Source of the DNA: Octopus sinensis
Lineage: Eukaryota
Length of the DNA: 9,569 nucleotides
Reading direction: 5' to 3'
Assembly (NCBI RefSeq): GCF_006345805.1
Contig: NW_021827910.1
Coordinates: 1-9,569 of the forward strand
A program made the translations under genes and the position numbers. This document shows, piece after piece, positions 8,277-9,569 of this stretch. Each line of letters starts with the position of its first letter. The first letter of the stretch is position 1. A model generated the notes under the pieces. It had not been told where the DNA came from. It saw nothing but the letters and a program-made list of their open reading frames with translations, and did no database searches.

Positions 8277-8740
8277 TCTTGTATAAGGTTATCTAGGCTG
8301 CCGGCGAGTAACGTCAGGGTGCGGAAGGTTAACGAGTTATGAAGTGTACCATCAATGCAATAAAAGTGGGTGTTGCTGGAGATAACAAAATGAACGTCTT
8401 TGATATTTGTAGGGAGAGTGTGGACGGCAAAAGCCGGATCTGAAGTCAAAGAATAAAATATGTTATAAAAAAGAAATATGATATCATTAGACAACAGATA
8501 AAAATAAGACGTATTTATTTTTCCAGTGAGCACCAGATAGAATAGCTTAGATATGATTTCGTAAAACTCGAGCTTCGTCACTAAAATAACAATAAATCGC
8601 TAGATATTTGTCATGTTTTCACTTTGCGGCCTTCATCGGTGAAATATAAGGACACAACACAAACACACTCAAACGCATATAATTATTTATACATACACAC
8701 ACGCACACATATATATCCATATATATTATATACATATATA

Positions 8741-9180
8741 GGAGCAGGAGTGGCTATGTGGTAAGTAGCTTGCTTACCAACAACATGGTTCCAGGTTTAG
8801 TCCCACTGCGCGGCACCTTGAACAAGTGTCTTCTACTATAGCCTCGGGCCGACAAAAGCCTTATGAGTGGATTTGGTAGGAACTGAAGGAAGCCCGTCAT
8901 ATATATGTATATATATCTGTGTGTGTGTGTGTGTGTGTGTGTGTCTGTGTCTGTGTGTGTATTTGTGTTCTTGCGTTTGTCCCACCAACATCATTTGACA
9001 GCCGATGCTGGTGTGTTTTCGTCCCCGTAACTTAGCTGTTCGGCAAAAGAGACTGATAGAATATGTAATAGGATTACAAAGAATAAGTCCTAGGATCGGT
9101 TTGCTTGACTAAGAGCAGTGCTCCAGCATGGCCGCAATCAAATGACGGAAACAAGTAAAAGAGTAAAGAGTAAAGAGTAA
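8741..9180 (+). mobile_element. Second tRNA-derived SINE family (CORE-like, octopus OR-type), full length, with internal microsatellite
   Basis: Box A-like tggctatgtgg (8751-8761), box B-like ggtttagtccc (8794-8804), CORE-like accttgaacaagt, internal (TA)/(TG)n about 8900-8960, tandem (GAGTAAA)n tail. Family name is recalled, not verified. Confidence 0.85.
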
Positions 9181-9185
9181 TATAT

Positions 9186-9480
9186 ATATATATGTAACAT
9201 ATGGTATAATTATAGACAGGTCGAATTTTAGCCATTTCTCCGCAGTCTGAAAGAAAGAAATCATTGAACAAACTTAATCGATCTTCGAACCATATTGGGT
9301 TCTTATCAAGGGCGTCTGCATCATTCTGAAAGTCTCCAAACTCTTTATAGACTCAACAAATGCAGCAGATCTTACTCCACACAGTGTCAAGGTATGATAT
9401 ATATGTAACATATGGTATAATTATAAGCAGAGCAAACTTTAGCCATTTCTCCGTAGACTGTAAAAATTATGAACAACCTT

Positions 9481-9483
<3 letters not shown>
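9186..9483. repeat. Diverged direct repeat of about 90 bp, 211-bp offset (9186-9278 and 9397-9483)
   Basis: Both copies read atatatatgtaacatatggtataattata...tttagccatttctccg.ag.ctg...tgaacaa.cttaat. Confidence 0.9.
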
Positions 9484-9516
<33 letters not shown>

Positions 9517-9569
9517 TATATTCGGACGTATAAATATAATGCATATATGTGCATATACATGTGTGTCTG

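Noticed and set aside
8273-8581. 102-aa minus-strand ORF
   Set aside because: Non-ATG start, AT-driven composition, stop supplied by the Helitron end, no motif.
8028-9483. Direct repeats as a possible CRISPR array
   Set aside because: Only two copies each, units of 90-100 bp, eukaryotic context, no cas genes.

Overview
AT-rich, repeat-dense eukaryotic DNA. The SINE families and very high microsatellite load point to an octopus (coleoid cephalopod) genome; this is inferred from recalled repeat sequences. Recognisable elements: a decayed, 3'-truncated Tc1-type transposase (364-940), two non-autonomous Helitron-like elements (1151-2029 tentative, 7885-8276 clear), several tRNA-derived SINEs (one with a perfect 17-bp TSD), the 3' end of an R4/Dong-like retrotransposon in an (ATT)n tract, and many microsatellites that explain nearly all ORFs in the supplied track. 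Two high-complexity islands (about 6420-6620 and 7650-7830) fit the last two coding exons of an unidentified minus-strand gene ending ...GTQILGHDPVDGGEP|IYV*. Both proposed 3' splice regions overlap predicted RNA duplexes. A 211-bp-period partial duplication near the right end contains a degenerate hammerhead-like motif. The gene model and RNA structures are hand predictions and unverified.
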